Part shown: positions 1 through 12,452 of the stretch, piece by piece | Layout of the letters: the number at the start of each line of letters is the position of its first letter | Position numbering within the stretch: the stretch's first letter is position 1 | Source: Phaeosaccion multiseriatum | Lineage: Eukaryota > Protista > Ochrophyta, other classes | Reading direction: 5' to 3' | NCBI GenBank assembly: GCA_965112735.1 | Contig: OZ218951.1 | Location: 930,001-994,000, forward strand | Length of the DNA: 64,000 bases | Program-made: the position numbers and the translations under genes | The notes under the pieces: model-generated | Told to the model about the DNA's origin: nothing | Seen by the model: only the letters and a program-made list of their open reading frames with translations | The model's database searches: none

Positions 1-138
1 AATCGAGGAGACGACGAACTGCGCACCCACCCACCCTTAGCTAAGCGCCCTTTCCCTCCTGCTAACCGGCCCGCCTTTCTTCACTGCCCCTCCTTGCAAC
101 CCCCACACCCACCCACCTTCCTTGCCTTGTTCGAACAG

Positions 139-3100
139 CTTGACCACCAGACCGCCACGGACTTTGACTATCAGCCCTGGATGTTCCTTCCCGACCAGCC
201 GCAGAGCAGCCGCAACCCCATGAGCAACTGTGCTCAGCTAGTCATGGGCGTGAGCGAGGGAATGATGGACAAGAAGGTCGCCATCAACTTGTCGCCGGAC
301 TGCCTTCAGGTGGGTGGGGGGTATATATATATGCGATGTTGTGTGTAGCTAGGGTTGGATTGGGTATGACTCTGAACAGGGAAGCTTTCTTCCCTTCGGG
401 GGGCGAGGGGGATTGTAGACTAGTTTTTTCTTCTCTCCTACGGATTGTGGATGCTTTGGTGTTGAGACAGGCAGAGTATGGAACAAGCAAAGACTGTGGC
501 GGAGCCGCAGCGCAGCACAGCACTTCCTTTTTGTGTTGGTAGATCCAAACACAACGCCTTAAGCCCCCCCCCCCACCCCCCCACCCCACCTCCCGCCACA
601 CAGGTCTACGAGCACAGCTACACCAGTGATGATTCTGATTCTGATGATGCCTCCCCCCTTGGCGACGCCAGCGTCGTGTTCGCATCTGCGGTCTCCCCAG
701 ACCGGCTGGACGAGCAACTGGACCAGCTCATAGAGGCCGGGCGTCAAAACGACCACGGACACATGGTACTGTATGTGGGCCTCTGGTACACTTTCTGTCT
801 CGGAGGACAGCAGAACATCTGCGACGAACTCCCCGAGGGGCCTGATCTGCTGTCCATGGTCAACGCACCGCTGTCCCAGCAGGTGGCTTACTTCCGAAAT
901 AAGTACTCCGCGGTGGTGGAGAGGATTCTCAGTCAGTTCCCGTTCATGGGCATCACCCTCTCTGGGCTAAGGAGGTACTCGGACATCACCAGGGCCTTCG
1001 ATGACGTCATTCAAGAGGTATGATGACATGAGGGGGCTGAGCGGTGCCACCAGTGCCAGGCGGGAAGAGGGGGAAGAGGAGGAGGAGGTGTGGGTTGTAT
1101 AGGTATTCTTCTCTCCCCCCGCCTTCGCCTCTCTCACATGTCCCTGCCATCGCCCCCCGCGTGTTCTTTCGCTCCCTCCCTCCATCCCTACCCGCCTTCC
1201 TTCTCCCTCCCTTCCTCCTCCCACCCTCCCTCCCCCCCTCTCTTCTTCCTTCTCCCCCTTCCTACCCTCCTTCCTCCTCCCTCTCTCCTTCCCTACCCCC
1301 CCTTCTCCTCACTACTCCCTCTCTCCCTCCCTACACTCCTTCCCCCCTCCCTCCTTCCGTCCCTCCCTCTCTACACCTCTTCCTTCTCCCTCCCTCCTTC
1401 CTTCCTTTCTTCCTTCCCTCCCTCCTTCCTACCCTCCCAGCTTGCCAGTAACTCCGGTCTCCACTACCTCAATATGGAGGGCACAGCGGGTGCCGTCCCC
1501 AACCGCCCCGACGATATCCGCCAACACCCCTCTGGTATGGTCAACCACGCCATCTTCCAGCGATACATGTCCGTCATCTGCGAGGGTACCAGCGTGGCAG
1601 TGCCCCAGGAGTGCGAGGAGGAGGTGAGTCAGTCAGGCAGGTAGGAAGGTAGGCAGGTAGGCAGGGCAAGTCATTCGGTCGGTCAGTCAGTCAGTCAGTC
1701 AGTCAGTCAGTCAGTCAGTCAGGGAGGAGTTAGACGGTTAGACGGTTAGTCGGCCCGTCAGTCAGAGTTAGGCAAGTCAGTCAGGTAAGTACGTCAGTGA
1801 GTCAGTCAGTCAGTCAGTCAGTCAGGCCACCCAATGGTCCTGTGACCGGCCTCGGCCATCTCCTCTGTGGTACACCGTATCTCCTTCTCACCCTCCCTTC
1901 ACTACACGCCCCCTCGCCCACCCACTCTCCCATTCTGCCCCTGTAGGCGGTCGGCTCTCCAGGCTGCCAGCCAGAGACGTACTACAACGCCCCGGACTCC
2001 AGCTGGTTTGACCAGTACAACCGTGGATGCCATTATGAGAGACATGCCTCGTCTCTCCAGCCCGGCTCCCGCGTCCCTGCGCCGACATGCCCCCAGGGCA
2101 ACAATTTCTTTGTGAACCCCGGAATGGACACCAGCCTTCTTCCCCACTGGACCAACTACGCGGCGTCGGCCGTGGGCTTCATTGACCACGTGAGCGCAGG
2201 GTCCAACGGCGGCGCACGCTTCACATTCATGAACACCGGGACTGTGGACTGGCAGATGCAGATGTCTCAAGTGGTGCCCGTAGATGGCATGACTGTGGGG
2301 CAGACGGTGACGGTGAGCTTCGAGGTTACCGCCGAGAGCACTCGTGAGGTGAACTTGGTCATCTCGCAGGCCGAGGCGCCCTACCTTCGCTTCGACAAGG
2401 ATCCCGTGCCGTGTGTAGTGGGCCCCGGGAGCCCAACCATGTGTAGCGCGAGTGCCGTCCTCACCAGCCTGGCAGTGCCGATCAAGTACACCATTCAGGG
2501 CGGTCTGCAGGGCGTGGACTTTACCGTCTACGGAGCCTCGCTGTGCTCAGGCTCTTCAGGGCCGGGCCCAACCCCTCCCACTTCAGCGCCCGTGCCCGCA
2601 CCTACGCCCCTTCCTACCACGGCACCTGTACCGGCGCCTACGCCCGTGCCTACGCCCGTTCCTACCACGGCACCTGTACCCGTGCCTACGCCCGTTCCTA
2701 CGACTCCGCCCCCGGTGCCTACGCCTGTGCCTACCACTCCGGCACCCGTCGGTTCCGTTGTCCCTGCACCAACCTGCCCGGTCGGAGAGTCGGCCAATCT
2801 CTTTAGCAACCCCGGCGTGGACGGCAGCCTGGCGGGCTGGCTCAACCATGTGGCGAGCTCCGTGGGTACCATTGCCCACGTGAACGAAGGCGGCGACGGA
2901 GGCGCTCGTTTCATCGTCACCAACCCCGGTGCTCACAACTGGCAGATGCAGCTCTTCCAAGTGTTGCCCTCGGACGCCTTGACGGTGGGAGAGACATACA
3001 CTATGAGCTTCGTTGTCACCGCGGACGCGTCGACCACGCTGTACCCCATCATTCAACAGAACGGCAGCCCGTGGACGCCGCTCACCGCATGGTCACCGTG

Positions 3101-3764
3101 TGACGTGGCTCCCGCCGGTCCCACCATTTGCACCGTCAGCGGCACGGTGACCAGCGTGGCAGCACCGCTCAAGTTTGCGCTTTTTGGAGGTAGTTCAGCA
3201 GTGGACTATACCGTCCGGGGTGCGTCGCTGTGCCGGCAGACCGCTTCAGGTCCAGCACCCACCGCAACCCCCACTCCAGTGCCTGTGGCTACCGTGTCCC
3301 CGTCCACGTCCACGACCTACACTAACACCATGCTCGTCAACGAGGACTTCACAGAGGGTTTCGACGGTCTGGACCAGTGGAGGGACTACATTGGGGCCTC
3401 CTTTGGCCTGCAGGGCACTTGGAGCAGTGGCGCTTTGCTCGAGGTTACCGGATTGGCCCCTGTACCGCTGCTGTGGCACGCGCAGATGTACCAGAGTTTC
3501 ACGCTCGAAGCCACGGACAGCTTCCGGCTCGCGTTTGAAGTGTCGGCGCCGGAGGGAGACTTTGATGTGGATGTCTATATCCAGCAAGCGTCCAGCCCTT
3601 GGAGTGTATTTGGCCACACGGCTTGCACGGCGACGGCGGAGCGAACGTGGTGCGTTGTCGAGGCACTGGTGGACGATGTGACCACGAGCGTCAAGTTTGG
3701 CCTGCAGGGTGGCGACCACGTGGGCAAGGTGGTCCTCCACCAAGCGGCGCTGGCTCCATTTTAG
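139..3764 (+). CDS. 5'-truncated multi-exon gene: putative SGNH/PC-esterase-like domain followed by three CBM4/9-like carbohydrate-binding modules with Pro/Thr linkers
   Basis: GT-AG exons 139-309, 604-1017, 1441-1623 and 1947-3764 join in phase 0. The last exon has three ~150-aa repeats (NFFVNPGMD..W..WQMQMSQ / NLFSNPGVD..W..WQMQLFQ / LVNEDFTEG..W..WHAQMYQ) resembling CBM_4_9, separated by PTPVPT linkers. The upstream part has VLYVGLWY and RPDDIRQHP...VIC, reminiscent of PC-esterase/SGNH motifs (weak). Confidence 0.65.
1625..1825. repeat. (CAGT)n microsatellite-rich intron segment
   Basis: Runs of cagtcagtcagt directly visible inside the 1624-1946 intron. Confidence 0.85.
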
Positions 3765-4147
3765 GAATGGAGTGGTTTATTAGTGAATAGTGAATAGGGA
3801 GAGGAGGCGTAGCATAGTGCTGTGCTCTTCTGGCCCCGGGGGGGGGGGGGGGCGGGCATCCAACTTTTTGGAGTTTTCTTTGACAAGCCTGTGACAACAT
3901 GGGGAGACGGCAGGCTTGGGTTAGTTTAGAGGGAGGGGGGGTGCTCTTGAGTTCCGCTTTGTGTCTTTTACGACCCCCTCTGTTCGGTACCACCCGTACC
4001 TGTTAGTAATGTGTGAACACAAACACACATGATGAGATTCCGCGAGAATAATTCTGAAGTCAGCAAAATCGAGCTCAACTTTTTTTTTCCCCCCCTTAAG
4101 AAAGCGTCGCTGTTGCAGCCGCGGCGGCGGCAAGAGCCGGAAGAGTC

Positions 4148-6324
4148 ATGCAGCAGCAGCAGAAGGAGAAGCGGGATGAGCTGTTCGGGCCAGGCAGAGT
4201 CTCTCAGCTGCAAGAGCGATTGCAAGAGACCAACGAGACTGCTGCAACAGCAACAGCGGGGGGCGGCTTTGACAGGGGCGAGTACACAAAGGGGCTGAGC
4301 GCCGCAGGGGAGAGCATATCGATTGGGAGGGAGGTGCTGAGCAGCCTGGCGGGTCAGCAAGGTAAGCCGCTTAGCTGAAGGCCCCGATTGCGGAGGAAGG
4401 CCTCCACCCTCACTGTCAACTCAATAGTGTAAGCTCGAAACGCGCTGCTTCCCACCCCCTTCCCACAGTACGATCTCTCCGAAAGAGCAGAGCTCATCAA
4501 ACCCCCTTCCCTGCGCTCTGCCTCGCTTTTTCGTTCTTTCTTTACACCTATGTATAGAGAGCCTCTCCCGCTCGGAGATGATGGCAGAATCGACCGAATA
4601 TGTAGTGGATAAGAGCCGCCACGTGCTACGAGGCATGACCTTCCTCGGACGGATACAGAACCTCTTTATCGCGGAGCCATCGGCCGAGAAGCCACCACCG
4701 CCGCCGCCGCAGCAGAATTCCACGTCGTCACGGAGGGCAGGGGCGGAGGGTGGGGCTCAAGGGGGGGGTGGGGAAGGGGAAGGGGAAGGAGTGGCGGGCT
4801 TCATTTGTCCGGAGTGCAGAAGGATTTGCGCCTCTGCAGAGGATCTCATGGGCCACCACAGTGCTGAGCACCAGGACCAGGGACAGCAGCAGAGGCAGTG
4901 CACTCAAGACGAGTGCTCTTATCGGCCGCCGCAGCAGCAGCAGCACTATGCCCAGGGGGGTAGTTCCGGCGGGAGTGCGGTCCCTACTCCAGTTCCCTTG
5001 TCTTCCTCTGGATTGGCGGGCGGCAGGAATAGGGCAGGACTCAGCCAGACGCGGCAGCAACAGCTCGCGGTCATGGAGTCTCAGCAGCAGTACCTTGACA
5101 CTTTGCTTCCGGCAGTTGCGGAGCTCAAAGGCATAGGAGACGTCATCAACCACTCGCTTGACAAACAGCACGACACCGTGGATCGAATGGGGGATCGAAT
5201 GGAGGTGCGTGATGTTGGAGGTTGGGGCTGGAGAAGAGGGCTGTGGGGCCGGGTATGGGGAAGGAAAGACACCTCCTTTGAACTGTCTTGTCGTGTGTCG
5301 ACACACACGCACACGCGCACATTGTTGTGTGTACAAGACCTGCCACTCACCCACCCTCAAGCTCCTTTCTTAGAGAGTGATGTGATAGCAAGCCTGGGGC
5401 TCTTTACTCCCCCATGTCGTCCAGGAGAGTATAAGACATGTCTCGTGAGACTCACACCACTGCTCCCCTCTTTCTTTCTCGTGGCGTCCTTCCTGCATTC
5501 TTTCAATCGTATCTTCCTCCTCGTCCCTCCTCCTCCTCCTCCTCCTCCTCCTCCTCCTCCTCCTCCTCCTGCTGCTGCTGCTGCTGCTCCCCTTCCAGAC
5601 TGTCGCAGACAAGACGGCCTTCATCGCCCGGCGCACCCATCGACTTGTCAAGAGCACCGCCAAAGCAGAGCTGTTGGGGCGGGTGGGTCTGCAGGAAGTC
5701 AGCACAGGACTCTTCCTATCGGTGGACGGAGAGGACGTGGTGCTCGTGGGCAAGGACGCTCGAAACACGTGTTGGCTGGACGTGCACTCACGCAATGGGT
5801 CGACTGGCGGGATTTACGGCCTTCGTGCGGTACTCAGTGGTCTTTGGGTAGGGCAGACACTGTTTGGAAGCATCAAGGCCAAGGGGAGAGGGTTCAAGAA
5901 GTGGGAGGAGTGGCAGGCTGATTTTCATAAGGACAGCACCAAGCTGTTGAGTTGCTCGGCCGACTTTGGGAAGGGGGGCTACGTCAAGATCGGGAAACCT
6001 TTTCCTTTCGACTCCTCTTCCTTTCCCGAAGGTGGTGGTGGTGGTGGTGATGGTGGTACTGGTGATTTTTCTGCTGATGGAAGTGGCAGGGGCCCTGCCG
6101 GCTTCAGCCTTGAGATTGGCAAAGCGACTCGGCAGGACAAGGCCACGGCCGCAACCTTTCGTATCGTTCGAGCGGAGGACTACCACACCAGTCCCTTCGC
6201 GAGTGCTGTGCTTCCTCGTCGCGCACAACCGCCGCAGGAGAGCGAGTACGATGCTCCTCCGGGGGTGCGGCGACAGCAGCAGGGCCAGCAGTCTTCCGCG
6301 GCAGCGGAAGGGGCGCTTTGGTAG
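4148..6324 (+). CDS. SNAP-25-like (Qbc) SNARE with a C2H2 zinc finger between the SNARE motifs and a C-terminal beta-rich domain
   Basis: Exons 4148-4361, 4558-5204 and 5599-6324. N-terminal SNARE motif ESISIGREVLSSLAGQQESLSRSE..VDKSRHVLRGM; C2H2 GFICPECRRICASAEDLMGHHSAEH; second SNARE motif YLDTLLPAVAELKGIGDVINHSLDKQHDTVDRMGDRME. Confidence 0.7.
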
Positions 6325-7074
6325 AAATTGACCATCCATCCCATCAGAGGTTGAGGTTTCCGGCTCACCATGGCGGGCATGGGAGGGTGCCCTCTTCCTC
6401 CCACCAACCGGGGCCATGGCGCCCACTCGCGTATTCTACGCGCTGTTCTCCCTTCGAACCTTCCGTTTGGGCTCAGGGACTCATGGTATGAAGGAAGATG
6501 GAGGGAGGGCGAGAGAGACAGGAGAGAGACAGAGGCATATGGGCAGGCTGGGCACGTAAGTGCCCCCCCCCCCCCAAGTGGGGTCACGCTTCGAGACGAG
6601 GACAGTATTTGCAGTGCACTCACTGCACGCCGGACTTGAAGGATCCTTGAAGGATGGGAGAGAGCGCACTCGCAGACAGTGCTCACTCTGCTTTCCGGCC
6701 ATGGATTGCTAAATGCAGAGATTTGTCTGGTTGCTCCTGTGTCGGCTCGTGACCATCATAGAGTTCGAGCTCGGCGAAGGAGAGGGAGAGTGGGCGGGCC
6801 ACCCCAGGGAGGATTGGTCTGCGGACTGCCTACGACTGCCCCCCCCATGTATCACCAAGTCCCTCAGGAGCTGCTGCCCTGCGCTTGAGTCGAGTAGAGC
6901 TGCTGTGAGCTGCGTCCGCGGGCATGGCATGGCTGTGTAGCAACTTCCCTGAGGTCGCGGCTTTGAGCGGCGGCCGCCACGGCTGATACGATACCGGCGC
7001 GCGTTGGGTTCCGAGACGGGATGGGGCGGTTCTGTCAGCTCGTCACTCTCATACCTTGGAAAGAGTGAAAAGAG

Positions 7075-7082
7075 TGATGATG

Positions 7083-7114
<32 letters not shown>
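7075..7114. repeat. (GAT)n microsatellite
   Basis: About 12 GAT units visible. Confidence 0.9.
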
Positions 7115-7115
<1 letters not shown>

Positions 7116-8197
7116 GGATAGCTATCTCTGGAGAGCATTTGTGTGTCTCAGGACGCCATTTGTGCCCCCGTATCGTACGGAAGCGACAATCTTGACTCGG
7201 GCTCTGTGAGGGCCCTAAGGGCCATGGACTCATATGTTGCACTCTTGTTGTTGCCTGCTGCTGGGAAGGAATTGCCCCACGGTTCGCTCTGTAGAGCCTC
7301 TGGTACACCCACTCACACGGGGGTGAGGGGCGACTTTCAGCCTCAGTTTGTGTATTCGCATTTTGAACGCTTATGACGCGTCGCTTGAGATCTCGATGGA
7401 GTAGAGGGTCCCCACCGGACTTCGATGGGAAAAGGGCGAGAAGGCGGTCACGAATACACATACGCACACCACCACACAGAAACACACACACGCGCGCGCA
7501 CACGCACACACCCACACACACGCGCCCGCGCCACTGTTGTGACAGCTAGGGTAGGCCGGGAAACCTACTTTTGTTTCCATCCTTCCCGGGATTACCATGG
7601 TTTTGTTCTCTGACGCCTGGTCTTCAATTGAAACCGCCACAAAGCGCTCCACACTTGCCACTTGCCAGCGCAATCGAAGAGGAATGAAAAGGAATGGAAG
7701 ACACACAAATTCTTTCTTTCGTTTTTAGCAAAGCCTCTTAACTCGAGTAAGGAGTACTTGAACGCCACAGACCTTGTTTGTTTCCTTCACTTCCTTCCTT
7801 TTTCCCCTCCCCTCCCTTCTGTATAATTCTCTCCATCCATGTCTACTCCCATTTATGTGAAGTGACGACTCCCCTCTGGCTCGGCAGTTCATCCTAAGGG
7901 AAGTGCTGTTGGCACCCCCACCCAAACACTGCTCTCTCTCTTGATGTATCCCGCGCCCCCAACAAGCCCCTTTCGAATGATGGAGGGAAGTTCATAAATG
8001 AGTCATTGCCCCCTCTCATCTCACCTCCCCTCTCATCTCACCTCCCCTCCCCTCCCCTCCCCTCCCCTCTGCTCCTCCTTCATCCGTCCGCTCCGGTACC
8101 GCCCCACACACCTCGTCCTCCTTCCCCCATCCTCTGCTCCTCTGCTCCTCAGTCGGTCGGTCGTCCCATGACTGGCCTGAGCTCGACTCGCCTACAC

Positions 8198-9176
8198 CTA
8201 CACCGCCGCCCCCTGTCCGTGGTGCTGCTGACTCTGGCTTTGACCACCACCACTGTGAGCCCCGTGACCCCCACCAGGACCACCCCCCATCCCGTGATGC
8301 CCTTGACTGGTAGCATGGCCCGGGTGGTTTGGGTTGGCGTGGCTGGGGTGATGGTTGGGGTGGTGGTTGTTGCTATTGCCACCATGCTGCTGGTGGCTCT
8401 GACCGCCGGCCCCGCCGCTTCCAAACGAATTGAGCAGCATGTCGTCAAGGCCGTGCTCCGGAGCCAACATGTCGAAACTGCCAAAGGTGGAGGGGAAGCC
8501 TGGAGAGCCCACACCACCGGCGCCGTCGGACAGGCCCCAGGACGGCTGCCGCAAGTGTCGAGCGCCCCCCCTGTGGCCCCGATTGGAGGTGCCGTTGCTG
8601 TAGGAACCGGTGCTACTGCTGCCCGTGCTGAGTACCCCCCCACTGCTTCCTCCTCCTCCCGCTACTAACACTCCTCCTTCTCCTGCTGACCCCGAGCCGT
8701 GCCTCGCTAGCATTTTATCCAGGTCATTGTCGCTGGAGAGGAGATTGGTCTCAAGCTGTTGGTAGCCCACGCCGGGGGGCAGCACGAAGCCACCCGGGGA
8801 AGCTCTCCCTTCACCCCCTCTGCCCTGGGTCGGCGGCAGCGCCCCCCCCTGGTGGTGAGGGTGTTGCTGCTGGTGCGGGTGCTGTGGATGCTGCTGCTGC
8901 TGCTGCTGCTGCTGCTGATGGTAATGATGTTGATGATGCTGGTTGTGGTAGTGAGAGTGCTGGTGGTGGTGCTGGTCATCATAGCCGCCCCTGCCGTGCT
9001 GCATGGCCGAAGCTTGGAATTGGTGGTACGAGGGTAGGTGGGGAAGCGAGTCTCTGTGCTGCTGCTGTTGGTGGTGATGTTGTTGTGGATGTTGTTGTTG
9101 CTGGTGGTGCCGTGGGGGCATGCCATCCTGCTGCTGCTGCTGCTGCCCATGCCCGCCTCGTTGCTGATGATACTGC

Positions 9177-9223
<47 letters not shown>

Positions 9224-11227
9224 CTGCTGATGATGGTGATGAGAAGGAGTCTCCGTCACCTCGTCGTCCGACACATGCAATAGCACCGTACTCTTCCGCT
9301 GGCGGAGCTCGTCGAGCTGATCCTGAAGCTCCTCGCGACTCTTGCCCGGCTCCGTGGACTGCATCCTCGCCTCCAGCAACATCATCGCTCGGTTAATGCC
9401 GTTGATCTGCCGATGCGGCCACCGAGGGACACCGTACCTCCGACACAGGCGCTTGAGGGTGGTTACCGACACACTGAGATGCTCGGCCGCGTTACGGAGA
9501 GGCACGTCGAAGTACTGCTTCATTCGCTCCAGCGGCACGCGTCGTGAAATATCGTCCAGCGTTTCCCTCTTGGTGGCCTTGACCTTGGCACCCCCTGCCG
9601 CTTTGGCCTTGGGGGATGCGGATGTGATCCTCCTCTTGGTGCTGCCGCTGCTGCCGCTGCCGCCGCTGCAGGAAGGACCGGAAGGGCCCGAGGGGGTGGA
9701 CGGCGCCGATCGCTTTGTGCTGCTTCTGCTCCTGGTGTTGCTGGTGCTGCTGCGGGTGCTGCTGCTAGTGTCTACGCTGTATGCAAACTGCTTCCTCGTA
9801 GTCGGAGGGCGTGCTCCTCCTCCATCAAGGTCGTCTTCTCGGTCCTCCGAGTCATCGGCGTCTGAAGTGTGGTCGCTGGCCCCTCCGCCTCCGGCCTGAG
9901 ATGCATGGGCAAGGGGCAGGATGGGCTCACTCTTGGAGTGCATCTGCTGCTGCTGCTGCTGCTGCTGCTGCTCATGCTGAGGTTCCATACGGTACTCTTC
10001 CTGTATCCGCGGGGGCGGTGCTTCATAGCCCTCCCCCCCCCCCTCTCCTCCTCCTCCTCCTCCTCCTCCTCCTCCTCCTCCTCCTCCTCCTCCTCCTTGC
10101 CCGTGCTGCTCACTGCCACTGCTGCTGGCCGTCTTCTCAAGTCTCTTGGAGGTCCGCGGGTCCTTCTCCCGCTGCAGTCGCTCCTCGTCCCTCCTCTGCT
10201 CCTCCGTCAGCATAGCCCTCACGTCCGCCACACTCTGTCGCTGCCCTTTTTTCTGGTGGAAGTCTGTCGCCCTTCCCTTGTGAGCTATCGACTCCCACAT
10301 GAGAGTCAAGCTATCTTTCCGAATAATTCCACCGTCCACATCCACCTGCCCTCCTCCTCCTCCTCCCGATGATCCGGATCCCCCCGGCCCGTTCGCCCCA
10401 AAGGAGCCGCTACGCCCGAGACCTGACGCTCCTGACCCCCCTGCCCCGCTCGCTCCAAACGACCCAGCACGCCCATGGCCTGATGAACCGGACCCGCCAG
10501 GCCCGCTCGCTCCAAACGATCCTCTACGCCCACTGCGGACCCCCGCTGCGACTCCCCCACCAGTGGGGGCGGGCATGCTCGACACAACCTTCGACCCCAG
10601 TGCATGGTTGGCCTCGGGGCGAGCGTCGGGGCTGATGGGGCCTCCTACCAATGTCTGCACTGCAGGAGGAGTGAGCGGGAGGATGCCCTTGCCGCCGCTG
10701 CCCTTGCTATTCAACTTGCTCGGCTTGTGCTGCTGCTGGTCCACGGTTGGAAAGTGCGGCGCCCCCCCTCCTACGTCCACGCCCACGCCCACGACTTCAG
10801 GCTCCCCGACGTAGTGCAGTCGCTTCGCTCTTCTGTCCGCCAGCTCCTCCTCCTCCGCTACTGCGTCTACTTCTGACGTTGCTGGTGCTTGAGTCACAGG
10901 CACTACTAGTTGCTCCACTGCTGTAAGCACATCTGGTGAGACTTTACCCACTCCATCCTCCTCCTCCTCCTCCTCTTCCTCCTCCCCCGTCTCCACCTTC
11001 ACCTTCTCCTCGCTGGGCTGGAGCCTCCGCCGCTCCCTCTTCTTCAGCATGTGCGGCTGCTGCTTCTGCTTCTGCTCCTGCTCCTCCTCCTGCTGCTGCT
11101 GCTGCGCCACCTCCTCCTTCTCTGTTGTCTTGCTGCCGTCCTTTCCCCCCTTGGTCCGGGTGGTCACTCCCATGCCTTCCGTCTGGTTCGGTTCAATTGT
11201 CCTCATCACAGTGCGAGCCGGTTCCAT
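8198..11227 (-). CDS. RWP-RK domain transcription factor (NIN-like/RKD family), low-complexity Q/H/G-rich
   Basis: Single 1009-aa ORF containing VPLERMKQYFDVPLRNAAEHLSVSVTTLKRLCRRYGVPRWPHRQI (~9400-9540), a canonical RWP-RK motif, followed by a coiled coil. The start codon is uncertain. Confidence 0.88.
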
Positions 11228-12246
11228 CCGGATGAAGGAAATAGGTGCCTCCCCACCTCCAGCCCCCCCCTCTTCTTCCTCCCCCGCCTTGGTAATCTCC
11301 AGCTTCCGTCCGTCCTTCCTTGCTGTTGACGCGAGATTTGACAGCAGTTTATTCGATCACGTGTTCGATCACTTGCCGATAGTCAACCGCCGCAGCCGCG
11401 CACAGCTCCGGCTCCGGCTCTTTCTCCTCGTGAGCTACCTCCCAGGCTCAAGCTCCATGTATTAGGCCGGCTGCAGATGAGATCGGAGCAACAGCGATGA
11501 AGCCAGCTATCTCTCTGTAGTATTGAGCCCGCCTGAACTTGAGTGTCCCACGCGGCCCCTCTCCTTCCCCCCCTCACTCCCCCTCTCCCCCTGTTCTCTG
11601 TTGACACGTTCCTTCCAGCGTCTCTCTCTTCCCTTCACTCTCCCTCTTCTACAGCTATCGTTCCGTCTTTGTGTGGCGTTTGCCTTTGCTCGCGATGATC
11701 GTGGATTTTTCGGCCTCGCTCGCACAATTATCATTTTTACATTTTTGGACGGTGACCTTGAAATTTCAGATTGTCAGAGCAATTCGTAATTCCCTCAGGC
11801 ATTTCAAATTTTCAATCATACATGGTTGTGTGAGTGTACGCGGACCATCATCACCATATCATCATTGTCCAAGCTATACTTCCTACTTCTCTTCCCTCTG
11901 CAGTCTCGACTCTGCCGCCTGGCCCTTCGAAAGCTGTGCAGGCTCAGATGCGCTTCAAACAGGGCAGTCAGAGCCCCAGAAATACTTCTTTAAACTGAAA
12001 TTCGGATGTAGAGGTGCAGAATGAGGGAGGTGGTAACCCTTTCGACTCTCTGCTGCTTTGCTTCGGCCCGGCGGCGGTGGCCCGCACGCTGCGTAACTCT
12101 TTGTGGATTCCTATGGGCCAATGCCCACAGTGATCCTCGATTGCCCCTAGCCCACCTGCCATCTTGCTCTGGCGCTTACCACACCAAAACATTCCGTAAT
12201 GATCGATCATTCCATCCAGTCAAAGCATGCAAAAAGGGGGTCCTCC

Positions 12247-12452
12247 TCAACCCCTGATACACTATCCGCCATCCGCTATCGCCGTCACAGCCGGCACGCT
12301 ATCCGCTATCGCCGGCGCCAGCCGGCGCGCTATCCGCTATCGCTGGCGCCAGCTATCCGCTATCGCCGGCGCCAGCCGGCACGCTATCCGCTATCGGCCG
12401 GCGCCAGCCGGCGCGCTATCGAGAATGTGGGCGATAGTGTATCAGGGGTTGA
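12247..12452. mobile_element. MITE-like element, copy 1: 20-bp perfect TIR, 6-bp TSD, internal ~30-bp tandem repeats
   Basis: TCAACCCCTGATACACTATC (12247-12266) and its reverse complement (12433-12452); TCCTCC on both flanks; interior is ~5 units of CGCTATCCGCTATCGCCGGCGCCAGCCGGC. Confidence 0.8.

Noticed and set aside
6370-7925. Short overlapping ORFs between the SNARE and RWP-RK genes
   Set aside because: No recognisable domain or consistent exon chain; contains microsatellites; likely UTR or intergenic
12267-12420. ~30-bp repeats resembling a CRISPR array
   Set aside because: Units are tandem with no unique spacers, lie inside a TIR/TSD element, and there are no cas genes in this eukaryotic context
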